64,000 bases of DNA from Amphiscolops sp. MND2022 (taxonomy: Eukaryota). Shown in pieces: positions 26,801-38,736 of the stretch. The stretch is taken from contig OZ076409.1 of the NCBI GenBank assembly GCA_964187785.1, forward strand, positions 87,360,001-87,424,000. Direction: 5' to 3'. The notes below the pieces were generated by a model. That model was not told the DNA's origin, searched no databases, and saw nothing but the letters and a program-made list of their open reading frames with translations. Position 1 is the stretch's first letter, and each line of letters begins with the position of its first letter. A program made the position numbers and the translations under genes.

Positions 26801-28650
26801 GGCATGGTCGCTTTTCTTTTGATACAGGCGTTATTTAACTTTCGTGAATCTAGAGCCATCTTAACTAATTTATCCTTTTTTATGGCTATCACAGCGGAGG
26901 AAACGAATCAAATTTCGGTCAATATGACTGCTCTTTCAACGTGTCTCCTTTCTGGCAATTTTTCTAGCTTTTTTGTACTGTATTCGAGTCTTCCTTTCTG
27001 CTAATTTTGGTTTGAAGTCTTTCTTCAGTCGGATGACTATTGTCAGGTCCTTTCTTGTGTGATTGTTTTTGAATAGACCGTCGAACTCCAATTCCCTAAT
27101 TATTTTCCCACGTCTTTCATCATTGATCACATTTCGATTAAAGTTAGTGTTTTCGCTCCCTTTTAGGCCGATTTCCAATTTATCTAACCAGTTCAATCCC
27201 AATACAGGTTGTGTGTCTTTATTTTCTGTGATACGTATTGGCACTTTTTCATTGCTTCTCTCGATTTCAACATCCACTGTCGCCTCGCCTTTGAGTTTTA
27301 TTGGGTTCTTGTTGTCATATACAAATATTTTTGTGGTTTCTTTGATGTGAGTGGGATAAATTATTGGCGGAATAATTGTAACTGGAGAGCCTGTGTCAAT
27401 AGCAAATTCTTTTGGCTACCCGTCGACCAAAAGGATTGCTTTATAGAAATCAATCCGGGTAATGCCGATCGCGGACTGTATATGATCGACTTCTGGCCAT
27501 GGCTCTGTGTTGCTGCCTGTTTCGTCTTCTTCTTGTATCCGGTTTATGGTTCTTCAACTGCATAGTTTGGCAAAACGTCCCGTTCTTTTGCAGTTATTGC
27601 ATTGTGCCTTCCGTGCTGGGCATGAGTGCTCCGGCGTCCAGTTGGTTTTTCCGCAAGAGTGACATTTTCTGGCATTTTGTTTTCTTTTGTCCGCTTCGTT
27701 CAATTTTTTCTTCCGCGTCAGTTTTGTGTAGGCGATTTGTTCTCCGTCAGAGAAACTGTCCGATGATTTTTTCCTCTCTTTTCGGGTCCTTGATTTTTTA
27801 TTGCCGTATTTGCGGTTATAGTTGTATAGTTCGATAGTTTCCAAAACCAATTGTAATTTCAGCGGTCCTTTGATAAATTTGTCCCGTGATTTTTTGTCAT
27901 TAACCGTGACTGCGAATTTGTATGTAATTATTTCTTCTGTTGTGATTCCGTTGAATTCGCACTTTCTTTCGATATCCACGAGTTTTTCCAAATATTCATC
28001 AAGTGTCTCGTCGTTTTCTTGCTTGATATTGAAGAATTGTTCTCTGTTGTGAAACACATTTCTTGTTGGCAAAAATGTCTTCTTGAACAGTTTTAGCAAT
28101 TCTTGTAGGCTAATATCTTTCATTTTTCTGCCCCATTGACCTCTCATGATCTCATGTTTTGCTTCAGCGCCAATTGCCCAGATGAGATCGCCCTTGATAT
28201 GGTATGATATATGGGCGTCCTAGGAATCTGTCTCTTGTTCCATTAGCTCTTCCAAGTTTTTTTGGAATGTGAGGTCAATATTTTCTGATATTTGCTCCCA
28301 ACACATTCTTGGGTTTGTTTCCGTCAGATCCGTTAAATACTGTCCGAAAGAATTGGTATTTTGTATTTATTCTTGGGGCTGTTTTGCCCGATGTGTTTGT
28401 AGCATCCATGTTCTTTATGCTGACTGCGCCATGTAATAGACTAGTAAAATGGAGGTAAGAATGTATCTTTTGTTGTAAAATTAACAGAAGTTGCTATCAA
28501 CAAAACTCAGTATCTCAATCGTATTCATGACACTTTAGCGAACTGCATCTAATAGTATCAATGAGTAAATGTTCTATGATGTTTTAGGTGGCAGGTATTT
28601 TTGTGTCTGAACTAAATCTGACACTTCTTCTCATTCAATTCTAACAACAA
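23860..28650 (-). mobile_element. Degenerate Ty3/Gypsy LTR retrotransposon (5' LTR remnant, PBS, gag, PR, RT, RNase H, integrase); 3' end lost
   Basis: ...TTACA|TGGCGCAGTC LTR end/PBS at 28432/28431; gag knuckle CNNCKRTGRFAKLC; protease AIDTGSPVTII; RT SKIDIDNAYGQ and WLDD; RNase H DACNTGLG, NELELL, VTDHNAL; integrase LHRGH..CPSC, AVDRFSKW; order PR-RT-RH-IN. Confidence 0.92.
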
Positions 28651-28779
28651 ATTCTAATTCCTTGGGTTTAGGTCGCAATACACTGCTAGCTCGAAGTCCA
28701 AACAGATCGTTATTTACTTGATATAAGTCAATTCTCTGAAAACGATATGTGAGATGATGCACTGAAACTTATGTGTCTA

Positions 28780-29410
28780 GGGTTGGGTGACAATTCGTCC
28801 CAAGCAACAATTCGCCCCAAGCGACAATTCGCCCCAAGCGACAATTCGCCCCAAGCGACAATTCGCCCCAAGCGACATTTCGCCCCAGGCGACCATTCGC
28901 CCCAAGCGACAATTCGCCCCAAGCGACACCTCGCCCCAAGCGACAATTCGTCCCAAATTCCAAAAAGCCACAATTCGTCCCAAGCGGCAATTCGACCCAT
29001 TTCGAAAACGCCACAATTCGTCCAATATGTAAAAAGCGACAATTCGTTCCAAATTGTTTAACTTGTCGGCTAATTAACAACCTTTTGAAGAAGAAAATTA
29101 CAAAATTCAACAAATAGTTCTAAAAGTAGAAATGATTAAGTATCGCATTTTACTAGTCTTGAAATACTGAAAAATGTGAAAGAAGACTACAATGTTTGCC
29201 AAAAATGAGGTCCTATCAATTGCCGTTAATTGTTGGTACCGGCATCTAAATGTATTTTTTCCGGATTCATTATTACAAAGGTATAAATGGGCAATTAAAG
29301 TGGGGACGAGTTGCAGCTTTTAATAATTGGAACGAACTGTCGCTTTTTTAAAATGGGACGCTTTGACGCTTGGGACGAATTGTCACTTGGGACGAACTGT
29401 CGCTTCACGG
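28780..29410. mobile_element. Foldback/MITE element with subterminal 17-bp tandem repeats (GCGACAATTCGCCCCAA)n, inverted at the right end
   Basis: Array 28789-29050; inverted copies (TTGGGACGAATTGTC) at 29300-29405. Confidence 0.85.
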
Positions 29411-30664
29411 TCTCTAAGATTCGTTTTTTGTGGAACTTCTCTCCTTTACTTTTAAAAAACATTTTTCTAGCTCTGTGGAACACCACTAATTTAGTATTTC
29501 AAGAAACAAATTGGCATCAAAATTTTGTATGGACGTAGGAGCAACACGGGAGATTTGTTTCAACCGAAATGCGCCATCTTTGGAGCTGAAATCGAATATC
29601 CGTGAAGTCAATCAATAGAGTACTCCATGAAATTTGCACTCTGTCGAAGGTTAGATTTAAATTACAAGAAAAACGTTTTCCTGAACGTCAAAACGTAAAA
29701 CAGTAATTTACACTATTATTGATTGACCAATGAAAACGACTCAGATTTTTCCAGGAAAGTGCATTTCATTTTTTCACGAGCTCCAGAAGGTAAGGTTGCA
29801 TCTTATTTCAACGTATAGAGAAAATATCAAGAAAACAAAAAAAATTGAGAATACCTTACCTTACAGGCGGGTTAAGAGTTTTTGTTTCTCAAGATTTTTT
29901 TGGAAACTAAGCAGAATCAATCTGATACTCGTAAGAAGAGAATTTCTGACAGGGATTTATGCAAATTCCTTTGATAGTGTTCACTCTAATAGCGTCCTTT
30001 TTGAGTAGCAAAGACAGAGTCATTGAACTAAAAAAACTCATATAAGGGTTTCAATTGTCAAAAATTGAAAATTCCATCTCCAAAAACAATTATCTCATAC
30101 ATTTATGGTGATCTTATACACGTAAAACATCGTGTGAGAGGAATCAAAACCTACCGTAATCTTCGCGAGACTTTGGGACAAACTTTAGGAAAGATTTGAC
30201 TGAAATTTTTGGAAAACTATTTTTTCAGTATCTTGAAAATTCAAAAAAGTACGTTTGATTGAATTTCGTGAAATTTTACCATTTCTATATTTTGTAAATT
30301 TTTGTCGCAGAAAATTTATGCAAGCATTCTCGAAATGTGCAAAAAACAACTACTTTCTTAAATTTGAGAGAGTATTCAAGTTGCTTGGGTTCGAAGTATT
30401 TTGGCTTTTTTCGGTATTGTAAGATTAGGAAATTTTATCGAAGAATCCTTTACGCTCTGAAGTATTTTTGCTTTTTTGAGCCTTAAGTTAAGTTGGATTT
30501 ATTTATATATAACTTTTCAATTGTTATTCAATTTCCGAAGGAACTATATCATTACAATCCCGGCTAAAAGTCAAGATGTTTGCATTTCCCCAGTTGAACG
30601 TTCACCAATCTTGTTGATTTTTTGCATCACAGTGACTGTTACCAAGCCGGTGATACATCGAAAA

Positions 30665-30715
30665 ATGAATTCTACAACATCCTCTGAAGCAGAAGAATAC
30701 GGCAATAATGATTTG
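30665..30715 (+). CDS. Melatonin-receptor-like class A GPCR, exon 1
   Basis: AAAAATG start, MNSTTSSEAEEYGNNDL with an N-glycosylation sequon; phase-0 donor TTG|GTTAGT matches exon 2. Confidence 0.7.
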
Positions 30716-31109
30716 GTTAGTCAAATATTTCGTCCATCATTGAAAATAGTGACAAAGATTATGCTCCGTCAGAACCCGTAGTGACACTCCAGTGGACTTA
30801 ACGACTGCTAAGTCTAACTCCAGTTTTTGAACAGTCTCAAACCTACCAATACTGCTGCTTTCCTTGGTAGAACTTGGTTGAACATTGATCGGTTTGTTAT
30901 TTTCCGCCCATATTTCATATGGGAAAGGAAAATATTTAAATCAAACGGTTTTTTTTACAAAATTTGCCAAGAATTATTGTTTACGTAATATGAAGAAGTA
31001 CATTCACAGAATTCAACTGACATAAATTTAGTTCCATGCGATATGTATTTGTAAAGATTTTTTGACTTTTTTGGGAATGACGGAAATGACCCCATAATGA
31101 CCCAAAAAT

Positions 31110-31808
31110 GACCCCGAAAATGACAAAAATTCAAAACTTTCCCAATTTTCACCGTTTTCATGCATTTTTTGCCATTTTTTCAATAAACATCGTCGATTAG
31201 AATGTTGAAAACGTTCAACAAGGCACGAATTCGTTGTCCAATAGTATTCTGAAGAGATAAATGCGGTTTTTTAAAAGAAAAATTACCAAAAAAATGACAA
31301 AAATTCCAAAATTTTTCGACTTTTAACGTTTTAATGCAATTTTTGTCATTTTTTCGATAAACATCGTGGATTAGAATGTTGAAAACGTTCAACAAGGCAC
31401 GAATTCGTTGTCCAATAGTATTCTGAAGAGATAAATGCGGTTTTTTAAAAGAAAAATTACCAAAAAAATGATTTAAAAAATTCCAAAGTTTTTCGATTTT
31501 TAACGTTTTTATGCAATTTTTGTCAAATTTTCGATAGACTTCGTGGATTAGAATGTTGAAAACGCTTAACGTGACAGGAATGGCAGGAATTCGTTGTCCA
31601 GTATGCTTTTCCGAAGAGATAATGACTGTTTTCTAAATGAAAAATATATCAAATTGAAACCGAAAATGACAAAAAACCCAAAATTTTCCAATTTTCAAAG
31701 TTTTTTATGCAATTTTGTCAAATTTTCGACAGACTTCGTAGATTGGAATGTTGAAAAGAGTCAACAAGGAACAAATTTGTTGTCCAGTAGTCTTTTTCGA
31801 AGAGATTA
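31110..31808. repeat. Tandem repeat, four units of ~175-195 bp, in GPCR intron 1
   Basis: GAATGTTGAAAA...TTGTCCA...GAAGAGAT recurs near 31200, 31374, 31551 and 31746. Confidence 0.9.
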
Positions 31809-32643
31809 GGGGCGGAAAATATCCCGCTGGTCCGCGGGCGTCTTGTTAAATATTCAATACACTCTTGCAAATATATCTTCATACACAAATTCAAACCTAA
31901 AACTTTTAGTCGCAGTTAGTCTGATTGTAGGGATGCGGAGCTCGCAACTTCAAAGTCAGGGTTCATTTTTCATTAGCCAATATGAGATTTCTGGGAGTGC
32001 GAGGATAAAAGTGGCACTTGTAAGGACTGGTCCAGTCCTTAAGAATCCTTGGCAGTCCTGGAATTCAAAACTTTATCTATACGGGAAAGATAGCATGGCA
32101 AAAATAGTTTTTGGCTTCAATGTCGAGTTGCATTTTTAAAGTTGACATTTTCAGATGAAAATCGCCACTAAATTATATACAATCCAGTAATAGGACCGAC
32201 CGGATTATACGTTAATCAATAGGTTAAATAGTTTAAGAATTGTAGGTTGAATATCTTCAAGTAAAATTTATATGAACTCTTAAAATTAAAATGTCTGCAT
32301 GATTCGGTCATGTTGCCTCCAAGACTATCCACGCCCCTTCAGTTGAACCAGTTTGCCAGGATTGTCAACACTTGCAGCTGGCCATCTAATTGCAAGTCAT
32401 TTTGCTTATACCCAAAGAAAATGATGAGATCCAGAAATTATCGGAAACGGAATCAACTGCATTCAGTTTTTTGTTTCAAAGCTTACAATATATGTCTTAC
32501 TCGATAGATGTCTTACTCGATAGATAACAAAAACAGTTGATTCAAATGCTGATTTGGCACTTTCCTCTATTGTAGATAATGAGGTAAGATATCAATATCG
32601 CTATAACGTAGCAATTTTTATAAAGAGAAATGCATTTTTTTAG

Positions 32644-32761
32644 GACCAATGGATATTGCCATTTGGAGAACAAGAGAAATACTCTTTGAAGATTCTTCGC
32701 ATGGTCATGATAGTGCTGACTTCAATCGCGGTTGTCATTGGCATTCCAGGAAACATATTGG
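32644..32761 (+). CDS. GPCR exon 2 (TM1)
   Basis: TTTTTAG acceptor, G|GTAAGT donor; MVMIVLTSIAVVIGIPGNIL (GN motif of TM1); absent from the ORF track. Confidence 0.9.
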
Positions 32762-33424
32762 GTAAGTGTTCCTTCTCCTGAGGCACAAAAACTGGGATAC
32801 AAAAGCGACTGTTCTAACTGACAAGCGACAAATGAAATCCAAAAAATTTTCGCTTCTTGTCTATAAATATTTTCGCTTTCAAAGTCCAAATTTTTCACAT
32901 GTTCCGTGTTTCTATCAGATCACCTAGTGGGTTAACCAAGAAAATATAAAGTAGTAAATTTTCAGTTGAAATTTATATAATTTGTGTAATGTTTATATAC
33001 TCCAGCGGATACAAAAAATTCAATTCGATAAATATTTCTTTTTGAAAAATGATAAGCTTTAAAACGAATGTTCTGAAACGCTTTCTGACAATTTTTAGAT
33101 CACCAAGATTCTGGTTTTTTATTCATTCCCTAAACGACTAACCGCCTTTTAAGACATATTGATCCACTCTGTTTTTTATGCCAAACGTTTTTTTTGGTTT
33201 CGATGAAAAAAATATACAGAAACAAATAGAAAGTGTAAAACTAAAGCAACTATTGCTTGTTTGCAGCAAATATCCAGTGTGATCTTATCTTAAAATTAAC
33301 AGAGGTATCTTATGATAATGCTTTCCAAAGTTTTGCGCAGGGCGAAAAAACAGATGATGAATGTTCGCCAAACAAAAGTATATCCAAAATTGATACTTTT
33401 TCTCCGAATATAACAATTTTCTAG

Positions 33425-33659
33425 TCATCACTTCGATTATTGTGGTCAAACCCCTGAAACAACTGCATCACGTGTTCATTGCCAATTTGGCAGTGTGTGA
33501 CCTCGGGGTCATGTTCATGGACGTGTTTGTGCTGACCGGCGCCATATACGGAAGTGACGCCTTCCAAGACGGAGCCATGATTTGTGAATTCAGTGGAATC
33601 CTCTGCATGATGAGCTGCTTCGGAAGTCTATGGTCACTCATGTTTATTGCAATAAACAG
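33425..33659 (+). CDS. GPCR exon 3 (TM2-TM3)
   Basis: FIANLAVCDL (LAxxD), C3.25 in ICEFSG, ends IAIN-R; AG|GTACGC donor. Confidence 0.95.
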
Positions 33660-34126
33660 GTACGCAGATGAAGAGTTGAGTCTCTACTAGGTGAACCAAA
33701 CAAAACGGAACACATGAAAAAATTTGAGCTCCGAATGCTTCAAATATTTGTCAACAAAAGTTTCAAAACAACTCTGAAGATTGCAATTCAGCGGTCAGTC
33801 ATTCAATTTGACAACTTTTCTTCGAAGCCGAGAAACTTTCACATCAAAAGTCTGAACGAAATGGTAAAGATGTCCAGACTTTTTCTGAAGGTTCGGATCA
33901 GTCTTTGTTGAAGGTTTGATTACGTAATGAGGGGATGAATATTTTGTTCGTACCGTGTTTTTGGTTCACGTAGCAATGGGTGAATAAAAAAACGGAACGC
34001 ATAAAAATGTCACTCTTTAAAATCGTGAAACTTGAACACAAGGCGCTTTCATTTTTTGCGTCAACCATTCAAAATGAAGCTTTCATTACTTAATCACATC
34101 TTTAATTAGACGTGTTTTATACCTTC

Positions 34127-34508
34127 CGAGGAAGCATGGGGTTAGAGTATTCGGCCTGTACTGGGGCGGTATCAGGTTGGAATCTCTCTCAACTCACCAT
34201 TGTTGGGCCTTGAGCAAGTCTTTCATCCCTAGCTGAGTGGTATGGTCAGTGACAAAAAAATAACGCATTTGGCGGAGAAAAACAAAATAAAAAGAGCAAC
34301 GGTGAGTAGTCAGACCTTTGTGACCTTGAGCAAGTCACTCTGAAACCACAGCTTCAAGTCCACCATTGCTTGACTATTTGGCTGCAAATATGGTTTCATA
34401 GCTTGCTATGGGGAGATAATATCCGAAAGGGCGCCGACTTAGAAAAGCAGAATTGCTTATTCGGCGTCCACCCCGCGGAATTGGGGAAATAAACTTTCTT
34501 CTTTCTTC
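34127..34508 (+). mobile_element. tRNA-derived SINE
   Basis: tRNA-like head with B-box-like GGTTGGAATCT, CCTTGAGCAAGTC core present twice, AATAAA followed by a (TTC/TTTC) tail. Confidence 0.7.
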
Positions 34509-35035
34509 TAGAGATCTTTTCCAGTCATTTTCTTCGCACTTCTGATTTGCGAAAGTTCTTTGACACTCGAATGTGTGAAAGAAATGTCAAATTGAATGAT
34601 TGACAAGCTGAATTTCAGCGTTCAAAGTTGTTTTAGATTTTTTTAACAAATATTTTTGTAAAAAATATTTTTGTTGATTATTTTGAATGATAGTCTAGCA
34701 CCGACTTTTTTCATTATTTCCTCAAGTCGAACAATTGAAATTTTATAAATTTATGCATTTTTTGTACCATTTTCAGCTGAAATTTAAAAATATTACAAGA
34801 ATCTTGCATTTTCTTCCATTACCAGCATTACTTTTGGATCACATTTTTCTGAGCCTAAATGTACCCTCCGAGTGTTAGGCCTTCATTTATCTTTCATGCA
34901 AAATCTAAAGCTCTCGAGATTATTAGAACATCAATTAACATAATCTGAAAACCAAACCTTTCATTGCTTGGTGTAGCTAAAGTATGTGAAGACCCTACAT
35001 ATTGAATGAATTATAAAAACCGATCGATTTTTCAG

Positions 35036-35319
35036 ATACTTCTTCATACTGCACGGCCGATTGTACAACAAAATTTTCACAGTCAAGGGAACAATTTTGG
35101 CTCTGGTACTTTTGTGGGTGTGCGTATTTTCTCTCGATATAGCCAACATGCCGTTCGTTGGTCTAGGATACCATGGTTTCAATGCGTATGGACTTCACTG
35201 CAGTTTCACGGTCACCAAAAACTTCTTCTACAACACGATTGTGTATTCTGGACTCGCTGTGGCATTCCCAGCACTCGTAGTACTGTTTTGCTACGGTCGC
35301 ATCTTGTACACCACGCAAA
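35036..35319 (+). CDS. GPCR exon 4 (NRY, TM4-TM5)
   Basis: TTTCAG acceptor completes NRYFFILH; W4.50, ECL2 CSF, FP...FCYGRI; A|GTAAGT donor. Confidence 0.95.
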
Positions 35320-37439
35320 GTAAGTACACTTGCAGGGGAAAATCATTTCACACTTTTGACAAGACCTCATTTTTTGCACATATTCTTAATTTTCGTCGGA
35401 CGTGTTTCCCATCTTTTTCGTGGCCTAAAATACTGCGCTCAAATAAAGGATGTTCCATTTCTCCATGCTTGTAGACATTTATGAGAGAAAGTAGCTCAAA
35501 TAATGCCATAAAAAGGTAATTAAAATGTGTTTTTAATTTCTGTCTAACTTTCGCGCTATGAACTGGAACATTCTGCTAAGTTTACTTACACCCAATTCAA
35601 CAAATTTGTTAAAAACTAATTCGACAACTTGTAGGACGTTTCTCAAGGATTTCAAGAACGTTTGCACTTGGTATCTATTAGCATCTGAAAATCTTCCGCA
35701 GTTACATTTAGAATCAGATACAAAACATTTTTTCCATTTCAGTTTTGTTCAAAAAACGGAAAATTCAAAACTGATTTGGATGAGATTTATGATGACAGGT
35801 TTTAATTTTACATCCGAATAAAGAGACATAATTATTGACTTTTCACAGAATGCTCATTATTTGAAGTAGCTCGAAATTCATAAAACACATAATTGAGCAC
35901 ATAAAAAACACATAAAAACATAAAAAAACTCATTGAGCGCCTACGATTCTTGGTACACTAGTCTACCAAAACACTAGAGACGCTCGAATTTGCTTGCGAA
36001 AAGTTACAAAGCGCAATAAATGTTTATATATTCATTTGGCAAAAAGCCTCATAAGCAGAAATCTTCCGATTTTCGATCAGAATTACAAGGGTAAAAGTTT
36101 TCGAACTCGAAATAAAGTACAAAAAAATTGATTGCATTTTTGTAACTTTTCATGCATTATCTCTCTAACCGCTGGTCAGAACTGAAAACGCCAGGGAAAA
36201 TCTTTTACTTTGGACTATGTTCCGTAAATTTGGATAAATATTCTCTAGAAACCTTTCTGAAAAAATTACACAGCAGTATGGTCATAGGATGCCAAAAGTT
36301 CAGAACCAATTTTGACAGTTTTGTTTTTGAGAAAGCATGTTCGGGAGAGTTCAGGATAAAATTCAGGTAGAAAAGTATGATTGCCATGCAGTTGGTCCCG
36401 GGAGGTTTTCTTTTCACCATCTTAAAACCCCAAAAATCCCAAGTATGAAACGAAAAAAAAAATATTTTGAATTTTGATTCGACTCCAAAAACTGTGAACG
36501 GTAGAAATTTCGTTCAAAAGCTAAGAGTTTCGCTCTTGAGAGGTTTTTGTAAAATTTCTCTTTCAAGAAACAGCGCCCTTTGAATGTTTTTGCCTGCCAA
36601 TTAGCTGCGACAAAATTATTTCTCAAGCGATACATCGATGTATCCTGAAAAGCTGGATTGTGTATCTGTAACGGCAAGCTCTCACCATTGCAGCTGCTCC
36701 GTCATAAAGATGGAGGATCCTATGACATGGGTATTTTCCCGGGACAGGCGCCCATAGCCATAGGCCCATTTTGCCTCCTTCGGGTGAAAGTCGTCCAGTC
36801 AGAGGAAGATTTCGCCTCGTGTGGAGTACTCGTCGACCTTGTCCAGTCTTTAATCGCTATCCGTAGCGTGAATTACGCTTTTCTATCGAAACTACCACTC
36901 AGATAGACTTTTGAAAAGATGGTGGTGGCAAAGATAAATTTCTGCATCACAGGTCACTCTGAAAAAGTAACTCGAGCTAAATCATCGAAATAATTGGTAA
37001 TTTACTGCAAAAACAACATGGCAAGGCAGAAACTAGAGGAGGCACAAGACCGGATGCTTGCTTAAGCAATTTCAAGACGCATTTCACGTAATTGCAACAA
37101 TTGGTAGCAACATGCTGATGAAAGCGCCGGTCAAAGTAAAAGTCTGTGTAACTAACGACTTTGAGTCCTTTTTCACACTTTCTCGTTTCGCAGTCTTTCC
37201 ATTCTTGCTTTTTGCGGGTCTGATGTCGCTCCGAATTGTTCTGGGCCTGTTTGATTTGGCTGGCAGGTCTCTGTTAAAGACACAAAGTTGATCAGCGGAA
37301 TATGACCAAAATCGCCAAATTCTAGTTCCTCAACGAAAATTTCAAAATTTCAGACGTCGATGCTAGGTGATTGTTACAATCTCTTGAGAAACTGTTTTTT
37401 GAAACAGTTGAAAGATATATCTTATAAAGGTTCAAATTA

Positions 37440-38560
37440 GGAGTTTCTGAAATTGATACGAAAGCACAAGGTCAAGCGTGTTCTGTTGATTCGCAAAAAG
37501 TGTTCTGTTGTTTCTTTGGCTTTTTATGTTTTATTGACAAATTGGTAGGTTGTGGCTTTAGGGTAAATATTCTTGAACTTTTGCGAGAATATCTTTCAGA
37601 TCGTTGGCAGGACATCAGTCATAACGGTATTTGAACGAAAAATCCAAAAATTGTGTCAGATGTCCCCCAGGGCTCCGTCTTGGGCCATTTCTCTTTATTG
37701 TTTTTATTAATGACATTCATTTGTGTATAGTAAATTGCACAATGGCCACGTTTGCAGATGATACAACATTGACAAGTTAAAAACGCAAAGGTTCTTGTTC
37801 AATTCAATCAGATATGGACAGTTTATCGCAGTGGTTTTGTCAAAACAGACTTAGTTTATACAGGGATAAATGCGAAGCAATTACTTTCGGACACGGACAT
37901 TCCAAGGAAATTTTGATTTTAGACAAAAGATGTCCTAATCGAACACGTGCAAGTATTTAGGTGTTCACGTGGACAAAACGTTGCGCTTCAGAGAACACAT
38001 TGACCACGTCGGAAAAAACTCAATAAATTTTGGGGCCTAATATATTGTGTACGTCATTAGAATACCCCAAAATGTCTACTGGTGTATTAAAATTTGCAAA
38101 GTACAGATATGATTACGTGTTACTAACATACCGTTCTGCTGCCAAAACAAACTTGTAAAAAAATCTTGCGAGCTTTTTTCAAAAGAAAAAAATTGATTCC
38201 CTTCCAGATTTTCGTAGAAGGAACGAAGTTTTGACAGTTGTTGATTTTTTCGTTGTTGAGAACATTCAAGAGCTTTTCGTGCAACTTAGGTTAGAAGCAC
38301 ATTAAGCTTTCATTGTGGTAGATCTCAATGACGTAGGGACATATACAACTCGATGGAATTTGAAAAAACTTTTGCCAGTTAACAAGAGTCGGATTGTTCT
38401 AAAGATTAGATCCGTAGACACATTGTATTGCCTAATTTATAATAGAATAATGGAAGCAGAATTGAATAGATTCGGGGAAACTATCAAGCTATCAAGTGAG
38501 AAAGCTCATCACGAGTATAATCGCGAACTATGTAGTTGATAACATTCATCTCTCTGCACA
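37440..38560 (+). mobile_element. CR1/L2-like RT relic in GPCR intron 4
   Basis: VPQGSVLG, FADDTTL, CKYLGVHVDKTLRFREHIDH motifs with stops and frameshifts. Confidence 0.8.
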
Positions 38561-38736
38561 TAACTTTGAGAAAGAATTGTGCTGATAATGGATTTTTCCC
38601 GGTGGTAGTGCTCAACGTAAACTTAAGCAAAGTTCTTGAGGGCGGAACAGTATGAAATCATGGTTTTGAAATTTATTTTAATTTTGGTACTTCAGGGCAG
38701 GATCGTTGACGAGCCAATATGATCTTTTTCCCCTCC

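Noticed and set aside
28728..29113. Overlapping repetitive ORFs and a superficially CRISPR-like array
   Set aside because: 17-bp head-to-tail repeats without unique spacers, mirrored at the other end of a TIR element; eukaryotic context, no cas genes.
34127..34200. tRNA gene
   Set aside because: Degenerate boxes, no convincing cloverleaf, continues into SINE body and tail.
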